A stretch of DNA of 60,012 nucleotides, counting the filler, from Dugesia japonica (Eukaryota): NCBI GenBank assembly GCA_001938525.1. It is 5 parts of 5 records of this genome, joined end to end, with 100 filler letters (N's around TTAATTAATTAA, not from the genome) between each part and the next. Parts side by side here need not be neighbours in the genome. Positions count along the whole stretch, not along the records: positions 21,269 to 31,029 come from MQRL01575522.1; positions 31,130 to 45,771 come from MQRL01579667.1; 3 more parts are not named here. One strand, given 5' to 3'. Every line of letters begins with the position of its first letter. The stretch's first letter is position 1. Shown here in pieces: positions 22,681-35,598 of this stretch. A program made the translations under genes and the position numbers. The notes beneath the pieces are model-generated. The model was not told where the DNA came from, searched no databases, and saw only the letters and a program-made list of their open reading frames with translations.

Positions 22681-24099
22681 TAAATGTCTAATGATGATCT
22701 CTTTTATAATATAAATATAAAAATATAAATTTGATGTTTGTTTTCTTTTATTATTTAAAAAATTTGTGGTTGATTATAACATGATAATATTAATTATTTG
22801 TAACAATATTGATAATATATAATAACAAAAATTAATATTAATAGTAATAATAATATTAATAATAATAATAATAATCATAATAATAATAATAATAAATTAT
22901 TAAATTTCAAATATTTTTAAAGTTCAAAAAATTACCTGAACTTTATATCTAATCACTAACAAATATGATGTCATCATTGGATTTTCATTATGAACAAATA
23001 ATTTTATTATTGGCAAAGTTCACCATTTGAACTTTGTTAATATTTGAAGTAATTTGTTCATTATTTTCATCATTATTATTTAACTTAATTTTAAGAATAC
23101 ACAAATTCGAATTTAGAAAAAGCTATTTTTTATTATTTCATACAAAATTTTTAATTTTAAATTTATATTTACAGCGAAATGAATAACGCTGAAATTAGAC
23201 ATTTATTGTCAACAATGAATGATGACACTTGAAAAGGGTATGTTTTTTTAAATGTACATTAACATTTTTATAGTTTTTTTTACCAGATAAACCAAAACAA
23301 ATAATTTGGAAGCGGGAGAATTAGGAACAATGAATTATGAAGTTGAAAAAAGTAATTTTTTTTATTAAATTTATTATTTTAAAAAATATTTATTAATAGG
23401 AAAATTAATATGGAAATTGACGAAGGCATGTCCACAACGTATGGAGATAAAGTAAGAATTTATTATTATTTTTTAATGTATAAATTTATTATTTTGTTAT
23501 TATTATTTTGAAGTTAATATTTAATATAAATTTAATATTTTTTTTAATTAACATAATGAAAATTTTTTGTTTATTAAAACTACTGTAAACGAAATAATAT
23601 TCATTTTTGTATTCATTGTAATATAAATATAAAAGTTATGTTTTAACTATTTCAATTATATAGCTTTAATTACTAGCAGTAATAATAATAATAATAATAA
23701 TCAAAATAATAACATTAATTATAAAAAAAATTAGAAATATTATTAAGAACTATGATTTATTTTATTATATTTATAACAGATTTATATTTTCATATTCAAT
23801 TGAATTATAAAATTAATATTATAATAATAATAAAAATTATAATAATAATAAAATTAATAATAATAGTGATAATGACAGCATTACTAATTTTGAAAATATA
23901 TATTAAATAAGTTTTTATAAGTTTTTTATTATTCTATTGACTAACATTATTAAATCATCAGATATTTTCAAAACACACTGAAATCAAATGATGAATACTG
24001 GAAAAAGTTAATATTTAATAATTTTAATGATTTGCATAAATCTTTTGTGATTTCAAGTTTTGTTTGATTTTATACAAAAATAATATTTATGATGATTGA

Positions 24100-24100
<1 letters not shown>

Positions 24101-24168
<68 letters not shown>

Positions 24169-24458
24169 NNNNNNNNNNNNNNNNNNNNNNNNNNNNNNNN
24201 NNNNNNNNNNNNNNNNNNNNNNNNNNNNNNNNNNNNNNNNNNNNNNNNNNNNNNNNNNNNNNNNNNNNNNNNNNNNNNNNNNNNNNNNNNNNNNNNNNNN
24301 NNNNNNNNNNNNNNNNNNNNNNNNNNNNNNNNNNNNNNNNNNNNNNNNNNNNNNNNNNNNNNNNNNNNNNNNNNNNNNNNNNNNNNNNNNNNNNNNNNNN
24401 NNNNNNNNNNNNNNNNNNNNNNNNNNNNNNNNNNNNNNNNNNNNNNNNNNNNNNNNNA
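24101..24458. repeat. (AAT)n microsatellite running into an N gap
   Basis: Direct reading. Confidence 0.9.
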
Positions 24459-24849
24459 TATTCGTTTTTAAGTTATATATCAATCTTATCGAATTATTAT
24501 AATTAATTAATATTCAAATTGTTTAATAATTTATTTGTATAATAAAGTATAACAAAACATAAAGATTATAATAATTTAAATAAAGGGCTCTATCATGTAA
24601 CGTTTAATAGTTCATCTATTAAACATACTAATCTGCCATATTCAATAAATAGTATTTTTAGTAATAAACAAAAAGAGAATTTCAGTATAAAAAGGTTGCT
24701 TGATTCATCATCATCAAATTATGAATAACAACTACCATTTAAAATTAATAAGATGAATACTTTTATTATAGACAGTTTGATTGATTCACCTTTTCATTAC
24801 ATATAAACTAATTGATAATGATCATCAATCTGCTAAGAAAAATATACAA

Positions 24850-27800
24850 GAAAGAAAATGAAAAAATCAATCAATGGAAGATATTAGGGACAAGAAGAGG
24901 ATATGAATCACAGTAATAACCAATGATTTTATAGAAAATCGGATTTTAATGGAGCCTACATTAGTCTATCGTTCAAGGTAGAAGATCACGAAATGAAAAA
25001 TGTTTACGTTTCTAAATATATCAGATATTAGGTGGAAAGCAAGGTTTTGAAATTTGAAAATTGTAAAGTGTAATTTGGCATACATGCTGAGTTTGAGAAG
25101 GATAATGGAGAGGAAAGTGTAGAAATTAAGTAATGGTCATGATCCTATAAGGCAATGGAATATTCTTCAAATTTCTTGGAAAGACTAACATAAAAAGCAA
25201 ATGAAGAAATATCGATATATTTGCAGCTCAGTAGCGAATAGAAAATTAGACGCATACGAGAGTTGCAGTTTATTTTGGTGAAATTTTCATCAGTAATATA
25301 TCTCTCAGGCCGGTCATATATTCAGAGTCCGATATCACTAGTTCGAAGCAAAGCACTTGTATTTGTGTATAATACATATAATAAATGCTTCATTTATAGC
25401 ATCTTGGCAGTGCTCAAGTACAATTTAGTTGGGGATAATCGTTATCGGCCGCAAAAATACAAGAGTTTTTTAAATGAATTGATCTATGATGAGCAGAGGA
25501 TACCAATGAAACTCATCAATATTCCAGAATTTGAGAGAAAAAATAATTTGTGGATAACAATATTCAAATATAACGAAACAGTTGATTTAAATGATTTGGA
25601 GATTTTATACAAAAATCCATATGTTGATTTAGTTTTTCACAGCAAAACCCTTAATCTACTAGTATTGAAAAATGAGCAAACTTTCTATTATACGGTTGTA
25701 AATTTGGATAGGTTATTAAATATACAGGTGGAGTCAATACAATGTTGAATTCAAAGAAAATGGTGCTAAAAATGTTTGCACGGATTTTATTCTCAGTCTA
25801 CATTTGATCGATATCTAGCCTGGTACACCAAAATAACTGACAAAACGACATTGTAAACAATGCCTGAAGAGAAGGAGTTGAAATTTAAAGATTACGAAAA
25901 GACAATAATACATGCATTTGTGATTTACGTGGATATTGAAGCAGTTCTAATTCCTGATGAGGCTGGTCTTGTAAAACATGTGACAATAACCTTGGAACCT
26001 TTGTTAATATCATTAATGGATATGACGAAAACACATAAATAATATTTTTCTCTGGCTCAAATTGTATGGTCGACTTTTTAAAATGCATTCCCCAGTTGGT
26101 TTAAAATCTTTTGGCACCCTGGAAATATTTTCAAAATGTACACATTGTTATATGTGCGGGAAGTATGGTAAAAGGCTTGATTGAGATCACGATCGTCTTT
26201 CCAGAAAATAACTTGGAGCTACATGTAATCTATACAACTTATCCAGGAAGATTAGAATTCAGTTGCATGTTGTGTTTTATAATTTTAATCACATAATAAA
26301 ATATGCACTCAATCAATTCAAACATTGGGATCTCACTCCGATCGCTCAAACAACAGAACAATTCCTGGCGTTATGTGCACATATCGGTGATAATGTCACA
26401 ATCAGGGTTATAGATCCATACCAGTTTCTGAGCAGTTCACTTTCATCATTTACTGCAACTCTTGAAAGCTGTCCAATAACAACATCTAAATTTATAGAAA
26501 GACATCAGTGAAAAGGCATATTCCCTTAAAAATTTGCAACGTCATATGAGATGATACTAAATCAAAATTCACTACTTCCACAATGGCCAGAAATAACGAA
26601 TCAAGAATATGAAATGGCGAAAGTGGCGTAGATAGAAGCTGGAAGCAATAATTTGATGGAATATATATTGCATTACATGAAGCCGGACTTATATTTATTA
26701 GCCGATGTATTTCAAACATTTCGTCAAAAATCACTTGAGGAGCATGGACCAGGGCTACTTCAATTCGTCTTATTACCAGGATTGAGTTGATCTAGTGTTC
26801 TGAAATCAATGGACAGACCAATAGAATTGCTCCAAGACCTAGAAATGCATCGCCTTTTGAATCGGGAATTCATGGGGAAATGACGTTTGTAAATATGCAT
26901 TACTTAAAGGCAGATAAAAATATTTTACTGCTTTATATTGATATTAATAATCTATATGATTGGGCATTAACACAGCCTTTACCATATATATACTTTGAAT
27001 TTATACTGGTGGATCAAATTAAAAAAACATCAGTAAATGTTATCTGATAATAGCGACGACGTGATTGAATATTTGCTGGAAATTGATCTTGAAATACCTT
27101 TGGAACACCATGATAGATTAGAAAAATTACCATTGGCTACGTAACATAAATGTCCACCCGGTTCAAAAGCGAAGAGCTTTTGATGACGCATAATCCGAAA
27201 TGTCATTATGTTATTTAGTGGAAACTTTCGAAATTGTATATAAAGCTAGAGGCTCATGTAATGTCTTTTCATAAAATTAAAAATTTCAAAGAGATGGAAA
27301 TATTCTCCAGTTACATAAATGAAAATTCGCCAAGAAAAGCAGCGTCTAGGACAAAATTTGGTAAAGATTTGTAAAAGTTATTAAACAATGCCCTTTATGG
27401 AAAGACGGTGGAGAATCTAAAAAAGCGAATGAATCTTTGGCTGCGCAACAACGAGAAGATTTTGTAATTTATAAGAGCAAAGTTACATTTAAAAAGACGT
27501 TGGATATCGCAGGTGGTTTGAAAGCTGTCTTGTTGGATAAAGACAATATTTATCTGGATCATCCAAGTTATATTGGTCAGGTGGTACTGGATTTGAAAAA
27601 ATATAGGATGTACCAGCTCCAATATGAAGAGTTAGAAGTGTATCGCTAGCGGTTCAAGTGTTCAATTAATATTATTGCTGGTGATACAGATAGTTTTTCT
27701 TTTCATGTACAGGAGTAGACAAAAACCGGCTTTTATCAGAAATGAAATCCGATGCTCTGCTGGATACAAATAATAATCCAAAGATCATCCGCTATACTCC

Positions 27801-28088
27801 AACGAAGTGGCCAACAAGATCGGTCTATTCAAAGATGAAAGACAAGGAAAAGATTATACTGAGTGAAAATTGTTACGGCTAAAATGCTACAGCTTGATTA
27901 AAGCCGATTCCAGCACAATGATGAAAGCAAAGGGTCTAAGCGTTCTGCAAACTAACTTCAGGTCAATAAATCAACAGATTTATACAGGTGAAAGCAGAAA
28001 ACACGCTTTATCATGTTTGAAAGATAAGCGCTATTGGACCGAGAAAAATGAGAGTGTGGCCTATGGCCATTATACAACTATTAATTAA
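24850..28088 (+). pseudogene. Protein-primed B-family DNA polymerase (pPolB), many stops and frameshifts
   Basis: GRSYI..NKCFIYSILA; FVIYVDIEA; RDHD (endoVII-like insert); KGIFP; LADVFQTFR; YIDINNLY..ALTQPLP; KLLNNALYGKTVEN; GDTDSF; IGLFKDE. Confidence 0.93.
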
Positions 28089-30239
28089 ATAAATATTTTT
28101 TAAATAAAATCCAAATATAATCGTTATGTTTAATAAATACTGCAGCGGATTTCCAACGATGATTATGAAGATGAAGAAGAGTTGATTTCCAATGATGATG
28201 AATAATTTATTTTTGACATTGATTTTTATTTTTCATTGATAATAATAAATATTTTTGAATCAATTGTTTTGCTTTTATTTGTTGACATTTTATATACATG
28301 TATTTCCATAATTTTCAAAAAAATACCTTTGAATACTAATAATGTATATTTCAATAATATTCAATAAGAAAAACAATTTTAAAAAAATAATTAATTTATT
28401 AATGATATCAATAAGTAATGTCTTTTTTTATTTAAACAAAAATTTGAAAGTCATAATAATTGTATAGAAAAAATAATATTTTTTGAATAATTGTTAAATA
28501 ATTTTTTTAAAAAATATATCAATAAAAATGAAAGCATTTGATAAAAAATTGAATTATTTATAAAATGATGTAATTTAAAAAAATTTAATAATAAACTCAT
28601 TAGTATCCAAATTCAACTTAATTTTTTTTATAAACTTCACCAAAAACTAATAATTGATAATTAATGTGTGAAAGGTCGCGTTAGAAGTATGAAATGCCTA
28701 ATTATTATGTGAACATTTTATAGTTTATATTAAGTTGTGAAAGTTCAGACTTTAGTTGTGAAAATTCAAGGTGTTAAAAAAATCCAAGCCTATGAAAAAA
28801 ACATTTTTTATAATAATATTATTTAAAAAATAACATATCAATAAAAAAAATGATCGTTATTTTAATTAAGGTCAAAGGTCTGAAATTCAAAACTATAAAA
28901 TATATTTTAATAAAAAATAATGTTTGAAATTTTACACGTGAATAAAAATATATATTATTTGTATTTTGCTGCCAAAGGTGCGAAAATTCACACATATAAA
29001 CAACATTTTTAAAATAATAATATTAATAATAATAATNATTTCATGTAATATTGGTCCATGCACAACTGCTTACAACAAAAAAACAATTAAAATCCATTGT
29101 TTACACTTAATTGTGTAATTTACACGAATAAAAATAAAAAGATTATTTTTTCAGGTCAGATAAAGTGTGAAAATCCACACCCAGGGTGTCAATTTCAATG
29201 TTTATCGAAAAAGTTCACACCTTAATGATAACCTCACTCCCTGTTCTAGACAGCACGTATCCCCTACTTATTTGAATTCTTTAAATTATATTTTATTTTC
29301 TTTTATTATATAATCGTTTAATTTCCCAAATATAAAGTACAATTATAATATTCATATAAATAAGCATATAAAATCAGTCGCTTTCCATTTCATTTTCTCC
29401 CTATTTCGCTCTCGATTTTCTGTTTCACCTATTTTCTTTATATATTATTTACTCGATTTATTATTTAGTTTACTATATCTACTTCTTTCTTTTATTTATT
29501 TCTCTTTTGATATAATTAATTTATTTTCTCTATTTTGTTTATTCATTAACACTTGTTTACTTTCCTACTTCCGATTTTACTCAAATTCCCCCGTGATAAT
29601 AGTCCATATAGTTTATTGCTTTAATTATTTATTGGTTATATTTTAATCAATCACAATTTCGGTTCTCGTTTTATTATTTTCATTTAATTATTTCCTGATT
29701 CTTGCTTAGTTATTACGTTTTAGATCTCAATTTTATCTATTTACCCTTTTACTTTGTATTTCCTTGCAGGGCCGTTCCAGTCCAACAGAATTATAATTTA
29801 TGTGTTTAGGGGCGAAAAGCTCACATTAGATAAGTTCTTATGTGGTAATAGAAGAAGTTATGTAAAAGTTAATCCCCTACTAGTAAATTTAATCCGATTT
29901 TATTGGATTATGTAATTACGATAAGACGATTTTCATTATTATATTTTTTAAACCTATATTAAAAATAGAAACAATCGGTTATTAATTATCTAATATTTAG
30001 CTCATAAGACTTTGGTTTTTCAATAACTATTTAGAAAAATTAGCACAGTCATAGTGGACTTAGTGATTACATAATCCTTAAATAAATGGTCATTATGATT
30101 AAATAATTATTAATCGATAATTTCACCCAATAGAAATTGAGTTATATAAATATTAATATTGAAATGCTAGTATTTCGATATTATTTATATTATGAAATAG
30201 AGTTTGTAGTAGTAAAATATATGACTTTTCAAACTATTA

Positions 30240-30962
30240 GTAGTGATTTTCAAAATGCATTACCACTTGAAGATTTACCTAACATAGTGGAAGCGGTAAG
30301 CACACATCTGACACGACACAAAATAATCCCAAGTGGTGATCCAATCAATGTAAAACCGTATATACAACCAATAGGCTCAGAGTCTAAAACTGAAGAAGCT
30401 ATCTAAAACCTTTTCGAGAATAATATTATCCATAAATGCAACTCTCCATTTAATACTTCACTGATNNNNNNNNNNNNNNNNNNNNNNNNNNNNNNNNNNN
30501 NNNNNNNNNNNNNNNNNNNNNNNNNNNNNNNNNNNNNNNNNNNNNNNNNNNNNNNNNNNNNNNNNNNNNNNNNNNNNNNNNNNNNNNNNNNNNNNNNNNN
30601 NNNNAGTTCAATAGATTTGGGAAATGCAAACTATCAGGTAGAGCTCGAGAAGAATCTCAAGAAAAAAGGCGTTTTCAACGAAGCATAGACAATATTGTTT
30701 AAATAGAATGCCATTTGGCATCGCAGCAGCACCAGGGACATTTCAAAATATGATAACAAAAGTGTTAAACAGAATCAATGGAGTCATGGTTTATCTTGAT
30801 GACATCCTGATATTTACGAACAATAAAGATCAACACTATGAAGTAACTGAAAGAGTATTGACAGAAATATTGAAGGCTGGTCTAAGAATTAATCCAAAAA
30901 AGTGTCCGTTTCTTCAAAGCGAAATCAAGTTTCTTGGACACATAATTATCAGGGATGGTGTT
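30240..30962 (+). pseudogene. Gypsy/Ty3 reverse transcriptase fragment
   Basis: HKII..GDPINVKPY; SIDL; MPFGIAAAPGTFQ; VYLDDILIF; KFLGHII. Confidence 0.92.
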
Positions 30963-31029
30963 TGTAAGTAGTTTCCTCAGAATCGTTTATTTTGTTATTT
31001 GTTTCCATAAAATTAACACTTGAGTTGTA
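30963..31029. mobile_element. Start of a repeated TG-initiated element (TGTAAGTAGTTTCCTCAGAATC), probably an LTR; second copy at 45683-45771
   Basis: 22-nt identity starting at TG at both sites. Both copies run into spacers. Confidence 0.6.
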
Positions 31030-31804
31030 NNNNNNNNNNNNNNNNNNNNNNNNNNNNNNNNNNNNNNNNNNNNTTAATTAATTAANNNNNNNNNNNNNNN
31101 NNNNNNNNNNNNNNNNNNNNNNNNNNNNNTGTTAAATGTCTATTTTCTCTTGCAAAAATAGATGGAATACTTAAATTACATACCTTGTATAATTCTTCAT
31201 TATTCTTGCAAATCTCGATTTCCTTTATCATTTCTTTTTGCTTCGTCGATAAATTGTTTAACGTCATAATAATTTTTCGANNNNNNNNNNNNNNNNNNNN
31301 NNNNNNNNNNNNNNNNNNNNNNNNNNNNNNNNGTGTATTCTTTGTTTACATGATTGGTTGTTTTTTTATGTGATACTGGTTGTTCTTTGTTTGAATACAT
31401 TTATGATTGGTTATATTCACATATCTTATTTTATTGGTTAATAAAATAATATAAAATGTAAATATTGTAATAAATTCATTATTTTTATAAGAAATTTGTG
31501 AAGAAAAACTAATTGATTTTGAAGATAACCAACAAGAAGTTTCTCAAGNNNNNNNNNNNNNNNNNNNNNNNNNNNNNNNNNNNNNNNNNNNNNNNNNNNN
31601 NNNNNNNNNNNNNNNNNNNNNNNNNNNNNNNNNNNNNNNNNNNNNNNNNNNNNNNNNNNNNNNNNNNNNNNNNNNNNNNNNNNNNNNNNNNNNNNNNNNN
31701 NNNNNNNNNNNNNNNNNNNNNNNNNNNNNNNNNNNNNNNNNNNNNNNNNNNNNNNNTATTATTTTCTTATTATTATTTTAGAACTGTTTATTGATATACT
31801 TGAC

Positions 31805-32014
31805 ATGCATTATCCAACAATCAAAGATGAAATCAAATACTGTGCACCCGAATTGGTTTGGATAAAAATAAAGGAAATAACTGGAGTTGATATCAATGAT
31901 GTCATGAACATTTTTTACAAATATCATGACAATGAATACAATGATTGCGAAGAAACAAGAACTATTTTACAAAGAAAATTTATTGATACAATTTATGGTT
32001 ATAGTCATAAGTAA
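31805..32014 (+). CDS. Orphan ORF or terminal exon near the Polinton-like end
   Basis: Open frame, upstream TTTTAG acceptor (~31782) and downstream AATAAA. No recognised motif. Confidence 0.35.
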   Translation: MHYPTIKDEIKYCAPELVWIKIKEITGVDINDVMNIFYKYHDNEYNDCEETRTILQRKFIDTIYGYSHK

Positions 32015-32259
32015 AAGACAATGATTGCATTTTAATTGAATTTGATGTTATATTGATGTTAAATAAAAATTTTAATCTTGACTTTGTTTTTTAATATTTG
32101 TTTTCTTTAAATAATGTGTAAAAAAAATTTTTAAAAAAATTTAAAAATAAAAAAAAATTTTTAAAAAAAAATTTTAAAAAAAATATTTTGAAAAAAAAAT
32201 CTTTGATTAAAAATTTACTTCCTGTGGGGGTCTACTCAGAAAATTTTTTGAAAAAAAGT

Positions 32260-32427
32260 ATGAGTCATGATCTAGAAAGTTTTTCTTTGTTAGGGGGGTC
32301 TTTGTTTTGACTTGGAATATTTTTCAAAAAATATGTATGACTCATCCGATGAGTCATGGTCTTTGTTCTAACCACCTATGATTCATCAGGANGACTCATT
32401 TCTTTGTTTAAAAAATGATGACTCATA
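32260..32427. promoter_or_regulatory. Cluster of ATGA(C/G)TCAT AP-1-type sites
   Basis: Four perfect copies (~32260, 32337, 32349, 32418) and two near-perfect copies. Confidence 0.6.
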
Positions 32428-32539
32428 CAAATTTTTCATAATCATTATTTAATTTAATTTAGCTACTTACTATTTATAAGTAGTTTATAAGCGACTAATA
32501 TTTCTTAGTGATCTAGTGCGCTACTATCTACCTACTAAG

Positions 32540-33110
32540 CACAATCAATAATATTCTTAGTGTCACTCAGAAAAAAGCATGGGTAAATCAAGATTTAATA
32601 ATTTCATGAATAAACATGATGTTTCCTCTGTTTGATGTCAGTCCAGGCAAATGTATTGTATGGGATTCTTGCCGTGCTCATATTTCGGAAAGGGTAAAAG
32701 AGCACTGCTGAAGAAGAAACATTAAAATGGTGGTAATACCAGGTGGATTAATAATCACTATTTGCAAGCGGGTGATATTGGAATTTTTAAAGAATTAAAG
32801 GATAAAATTTCTGGCCTTATTTACACTTGGAAAAACTCGGAAGAAATAGTATTTACCAGAGGTGAAAATCATAAAGCTTGGTAAGAACCTTGTCAATCAT
32901 TGGGTTAATAATGACTGGGGTTGTGTGTCTACTCCAAACGTTATCAATTCGATTAAATCTGCAGAGTTTGCAGAAAATTTTAATGATTGGCCTATATCTA
33001 AGCATGATATTTATGGTGAAAGATTCAAAAATAAATAAGAGATTTTTTTACAACTGATTCCAGTTTCAATACAGGATGATTTTGAAGTTGAAACTGACTT
33101 GTTGATGAAT
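32540..33110 (+). pseudogene. pogo-like DDE transposase remnant
   Basis: IVWDSCRAHIS..VVIPGGL..YLQAGDIGIFKELK. Confidence 0.8.
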
Positions 33111-34430
33111 AATTAAATTTCTTATTTATTGATGGAATTGTTTTAATTTTTAAATCCAAATAGTATGACAAAATTTAATGAAAATTCAAAAAAGAACGTT
33201 TTTTGGTCATACTATTTAATAGTATGAGTCATATTAGTTGGAGTAATCCGTTAGTATAGTAGATATAATATCAGTGATGCACAATAGTTAATTTCCCCTT
33301 AATTATGGCAGTTTTGCAATTATTTTAATATTTTTATGACACTTTTGGAATAATTTTAATATAAGCATTTTTTGGAAATACTTCTAAAAAAAATTCAAAT
33401 CGAGATAAATCAAAATATAATGGTATATAATAAAAAAATTAAAACAAGCGTATTTTTATGATCTTGTAATTATTTTGTGAATTCATGTTTTAAAAAAGAA
33501 ATCCAATTTAATATTATGAATAAATATATTTAATTTCTAATAATTTGGCATGATAACAATATCAGAAAAAAAACAATCGAAATAACTGATTTTTAAAACT
33601 ATTTTTATAAATNNNNNNNNNNNNNNNNNNNNNNNNNNNNNNNNNNNNAAAATTTCCGAACAGATATTTAAAAATTTTACAATCGAATTATTTATTCATA
33701 AAATCATCACCATGTCTAAAATTAGTAAAGTATTTAATGAAAAGTTTAACCAACTCATGTAAAACAGTACTTTATTTGAACTAGGTATCAAATATAAAAT
33801 TAAATTTCGAAATGTTAAGAATGAATTTAACACTGTTGTTAATATATTATTTTAGAAATTGTATAAAATTTATTTAAATGAGAAAATAATTAAATTGCTT
33901 CTATATTTTANNNNNNNNNNNNNNNNNNNNNNNNNNNNNNNNNNNNNNTGAGAATAGTGAAATTGACGAAACTATTGTAAACATTTATTTCAGTTTTGTT
34001 AAATATTAAAACAAATAAACATCATTCATTACTACTTGGCACATTTTTTTATTCCTAACTAACAAATTTTATTCAATCGTTAGAAAAAAACAAACATTTA
34101 ACCATGCAGAATAAATTATAAAGAAACTTTAAAATTTTTTATAAATCTGATTACATAAATTGATGGTTAATGCTTTTCAGTCTGTCAAGGGCAGTCAGTA
34201 TAAATCGATATAATTTCTACCTTTTTCTAACCAGTATATTTAAACAATTTTGAAGGACTACACATTTGACATACAATATTATGAATTATATGTGACTATT
34301 CTAAATATAATATCTGTACTCTGTTTAATAAGACACACCATAAAAGTAACCAATGAGAATTATAATTTGTCTGATTGAATTTCAGCCAAACATGTATTTT
34401 TGAATTTTATTTCAAATTCAATCAAAATAG

Positions 34431-34698
34431 CTTATGCCGACTGATCTTCAAGCCAGCTCATCATCATCTTCCTCTATATGCAAACAAAACTCTTTGGATG
34501 ACTCGTATGGATTTGAGAAATCCAAGATGGAAGTTAGTTTATCGAAAGAATTAATGCAAACCCATTTGAATGGAACTAAAAACTCTCTTTATTGTTGTAC
34601 TCCAATTGGATTAAAGTGTTGTTATGATGAAGAAGGTAAAAATAGAGTTCATTCGGATCTTTGTCGACTTGTGTGTTCAAATTATAGTTGTGATCAAA
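34431..34698 (+). CDS. Probable host internal exon, Ser/Cys-rich, product unknown
   Basis: Open frame with higher GC than its flanks, AATAG acceptor and GTAAGA donor at 34699. Confidence 0.5.
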
Positions 34699-35420
34699 GT
34701 AAGAATATCTTTTATTGATTTGTCATTTAAATTTAAAATATGAATTAAAATATTTTATTTGTATTCTAATAATAGTTAAATTTTGTATGTTTTATAAAAT
34801 GCAAATTTTTTTTTTGAAGATAATTTTTTACCAGAAAATAATTTTAAAATTCATTATTAGCTTTTGATTTTTTTTCTTAAATTTTTAAGATTTTCAAAAT
34901 TGAGAATATGGTAAACAGTTCATGCTATTTAATTATATAAGCAAGTTATTAAATGAATTTTCGGTCTAATTATGGTTATTTAACATGTTGACTGTCGCAA
35001 TGGGTATTTATAAATAATCAGCTATAAATGTAAATAATGTTGGCAGTCAACCTGTTTACACGACTAAAAGTTTCCAGGTAATTACTTTACGAAAAATATA
35101 TTTGATAAAAAATAAAATGTCTTAATAAAGATTAAATGTTTAATTTTGGCAGTTATGCAGTTGCAATTTGCGATTGCGATTTACAGTCTTGAACATGATA
35201 TTGAAAATAAATCAAAAAGTCGAAATAAAGTATTTTAATTTTCATTTCTTGGGAATTAATTAAAAAATAAAATTAGAATAATTACTGTTGATGATACCTA
35301 CCTTTAAGTTCGATATTTTTTTTCAAAATCTCATTGTTTTTCTGAAAGATAATAATCAATAATCAACCACTGGTTGTTAGTTGTTACTGAATATTAAAAA
35401 GATTTGTTTTTAACCGTGGT

Positions 35421-35598
35421 CATGGGCGTAGCGGGGGTGGGGGAGTCTATTATGCTCCGGGCCAAATTTATCCCAAGGCAAACAAGATTCTCTGCGTCCA
35501 AAGAAAAATTTAATGCTTAATATTTTTCGGGTTTTCGAGGAGTGGGGGCGCCAAAACGATATTGTGCCTCGGGTGTAAGTTACGGTCGCTACGCACTG
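35421..35598. mobile_element. hAT-type MITE
   Basis: TIRs CATGGGCGTAGCG / CGCTACGCACTG. 8-bp TSD ACCGTGGT / ACCGTGAT. Confidence 0.75.

Larger units (their letters stand above)
21269..29268. mobile_element. Polinton/Maverick copy 1 (decayed; left part cut by spacer; right terminus ...ATCCCCTACT)
   Basis: Putative core gene, ATPase, pPolB, subterminal GTGAAA repeats at 28660-29220 and an AG..CT-type end. Confidence 0.85.
31130..32536. mobile_element. Right end of another Polinton-like element (terminus ...GCGCTACTATCTACCTACT)
   Basis: The reverse complement AGTAGGTAGATAGTAGCGCAC closely matches the mini-element end AGTAGGGGGATAGTAGCACAC. Confidence 0.6.
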
